From assembly GCF_009914755.1 (NCBI RefSeq), contig NC_060925.1: a DNA stretch of 64,000 nucleotides. One strand, written 5' to 3'. Source of the DNA: the human T2T-CHM13v2.0 reference genome, Homo sapiens. A program made the position numbers and the translations under genes. Shown in pieces: positions 59,215-64,000 of the stretch; the stretch's first letter is position 1; every line of letters begins with the position of its first letter. Below the pieces are notes generated by a model. The model was given only the letters and a program-made list of their open reading frames with translations, searched no databases and was not told the origin of the DNA.

Positions 59215-59432
59215 ATGCTGTCCATGACGTACAGCGAGAGTCTGCGGAGCGTGAGCAGCAGGTGCCACTCTGAATGGGCCCTGCACCCCGTCCGCCAGAC
59301 GGACACGCTGGAACTGCAGCGGCTGCGGGAGGTGCGGGCGGCTGCCCAGGCCAGGAACATGGAGAGCTTCCTCCGCATGCACGGCCTTTCCCTGGACGGC
59401 TGCACCGCCCAGCGCACAGGCATGAAGTATCG
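59215..59432 (+). CDS. KCNAB2: KCNAB2 alternative first coding exon, 72-aa N-terminus MLSMTYSESLRS...CTAQRTGMKY(R) (exon 59189-59432)
   Basis: Branch point CTAAC 59166-59170, acceptor CAG at 59188, good Kozak GGCACCATGC, CpG-rich coding-like composition, donor CG|GTAAGG in phase 2. TGMKYR is the Kvbeta motif that precedes NLGKSGLRVS. Confidence 0.93.
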
Positions 59433-59477
59433 GTAAGGGCCGGGCAGGGGGGCGGTGGGGTGGGAAGTCTGATTTCA

Positions 59478-60120
<643 letters not shown>

Positions 60121-60283
60121 GTTTAGTAAATTCTCCATGGGGTAAAAATGTGTGGGTGTGTTTCTCCATGGGGAAAAATGTGTTTCTGGGTGTTGGAGAC
60201 CCCTGCTCTTAATGATAGGCACGTAGGTCTGAATTTTCTTGGAACCTCCAAAGGACATTCTTTTTAGTGCGCTTGTCTTTGAA

Positions 60284-60304
60284 TTCAGCACCTCGGACAG
60301 CGCT
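60284..60304 (+). promoter_or_regulatory. RE1/NRSE (REST site) TTCAGCACCTCGGACAGCGCT
   Basis: 19/21 match to TTCAGCACCACGGACAGCGCC; mismatches fall in the spacer and the last base. Confidence 0.85.
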
Positions 60305-60438
60305 CTGCTAGCCACCGTTCTCTGGCTGGTGTAAATCCCTCTCAATTGCAAATTGACAGCTTTATCTTCTGTGCCTCTCAGGAACATGCCCTTGTGAGAG
60401 CCATTCAGCCAAAGAGGACCCTCCCCACCCAGTCCTTG

Positions 60439-60598
60439 TAGAGTTGCCAGTTAAATTTGAAGTTCAGATAAACGCGTAACTTTTTAGCATAAATACGTTC
60501 CATGCAATATTTGGGTCATACTTATACTAAAAAGTTCCTCATTGTTTATCTGAACTTCAAATTTAACTGGGCGTCCTGTGTTTTATCTGGCAACACTA
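60439..60598. mobile_element. MER53 palindromic hAT MITE
   Basis: TIR-like TAGAGTTGCCAG...CTGGCAACACTA; perfect 27-bp internal inverted repeat 60447-60473/60544-60570. Confidence 0.85.
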
Positions 60599-61414
60599 AA
60601 TATCTGGCTTCCGTCTGAGACAGACCCTAGGGATCATCTGCGTGCTCTGTGCAGAGTGGAGTGCAGGCCAGGACCGCTCCTTTAACGTTTTCTCCTGTGG
60701 ACGGCGTGTTTGGTCCTTCAGCCCATTGTTTGAATATGTGGTTGTAATTTAGAAACAAAACACTTCTCCTGTGAGTCCATTAGATGGCAGTGTTTTTCAG
60801 GCTTTGTATCCTAAATCCAGCTGTAAAGGAAGGACAAAGGGTCCGCTAGTTTGGCCACAGCTGACCTCCTTGTTCTGCTGGAAATTTCTCAAGAAGGAGA
60901 CGCTGGGCATTCATGAGGGGCTGGTCATTGATTCCTTTTGTTTATTCAGTAAATGTTTATTGAGAGTCTGCTTGGCACCAGGCGCTGAGCCAGATCCTGG
61001 AGCTGCTGCATGAACAAGAGCAACCAGGTCCCCAACCTCACGGCAGCCATGGCCTGGGGGTGTGGGGGGCAGAGAAGCAGCGAGCTTGCACGGAGACAAG
61101 TTCCAACAGCGACCACTGGCCGAGGCAGCAAAGCAGGACAATGCAATGAAGAAAGACCAGGGAGGCCGAGGGGGAACCCTCTGAGAGAGGGATCATCTGA
61201 AGATGTGGAGAACATTCCAGCCCAAGAGGAGAGGGGTCTGGAATGGATGCCTCTCTCAGCTGGAGGAGCGAAGAGAAGGCCCAGGCGGCTAGGCTGGAGG
61301 GAGGAAGGTGGAGGACACAAGGCGATGATGCAGGAGGGGCCAGACCCCATCCTCCAAACTCAGGGAAACCTCAGCTCTCTCCTATGTGGACAGGATTTGT
61401 GATGGAGGATAGTT

Positions 61415-63347
<1,933 letters not shown>

Positions 63348-63690
63348 TAGCAGTTGATGGGCCAGAGGTTGTTGTTACACCCAGGTCAGGGTGAAGGTGG
63401 GGCGGGGAGGGTGGTGGCCTCACTCTATCTGGTGAATTTCATTTTGCTGCACCAGGGTTGACGGGGTGGGTGGGATGCTCCGTGACTCAGACCACCAGTT
63501 ATTAAAGATCCCAGATAAATTTATTCTGTGCTTACCTCTTCTCCGTCAGCGACTGGGCTGGGTCACCATTAAACTTGGTCTTAAATATGAATATAGAAAA
63601 GATGATACCTGGGGATAGGCACTGCCCGGTGCCGCAAGAAACCAGCTGTGCCCCTGGCCTGGGCATTTCATCAGCTGAACTGAGCTGTAG

Positions 63691-64000
<310 letters not shown>

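Overview
This is human (primate) genomic DNA: GC-rich, dense in Alu, L1 and MaLR elements. It is recognisable as the 5' ~64 kb of KCNAB2 (Kv channel beta-2 subunit, + strand), arranged head-to-head with NPHP4 (- strand, non-coding exon 1 at the left edge) across a CpG-island bidirectional promoter. Only three coding exons are supported: 48243-48319 ([10 protein letters not shown]...GMIY), a 42-nt cassette exon 49505-49546 (STRYGSPKRQLQFY), and an alternative first coding exon 59215-59432 (MLSMTYSES...TGMKYR). All three end in phase 2, so each can join the shared aldo-keto-reductase core that lies beyond the window. The supplied ORF track is almost entirely spurious. The most interesting module is 53.5-60.6 kb: a downstream promoter whose leader exon carries three uORFs, a duplicated ~285-bp element with a 96-bp identical core, a 72-aa N-terminal exon resembling the Kvbeta1.1/Kvbeta3 inactivation-ball exon (although Kvbeta2 is textbook 'ball-less'), a near-consensus RE1/REST site, and a MER53 hairpin carrying a miR-1302-like sequence. 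Other notable structures: a 40-bp G-rich minisatellite present as two inverted arrays, a 22-bp minisatellite born inside an L1 3' end, a perfect CpG-rich 17-mer array next to an internal promoter, and an RFX X-box overlapping the NPHP4 exon-1 splice donor. Gene identities, paralog sequences and repeat family names come from recall, not database searches. Repeat boundaries are approximate.
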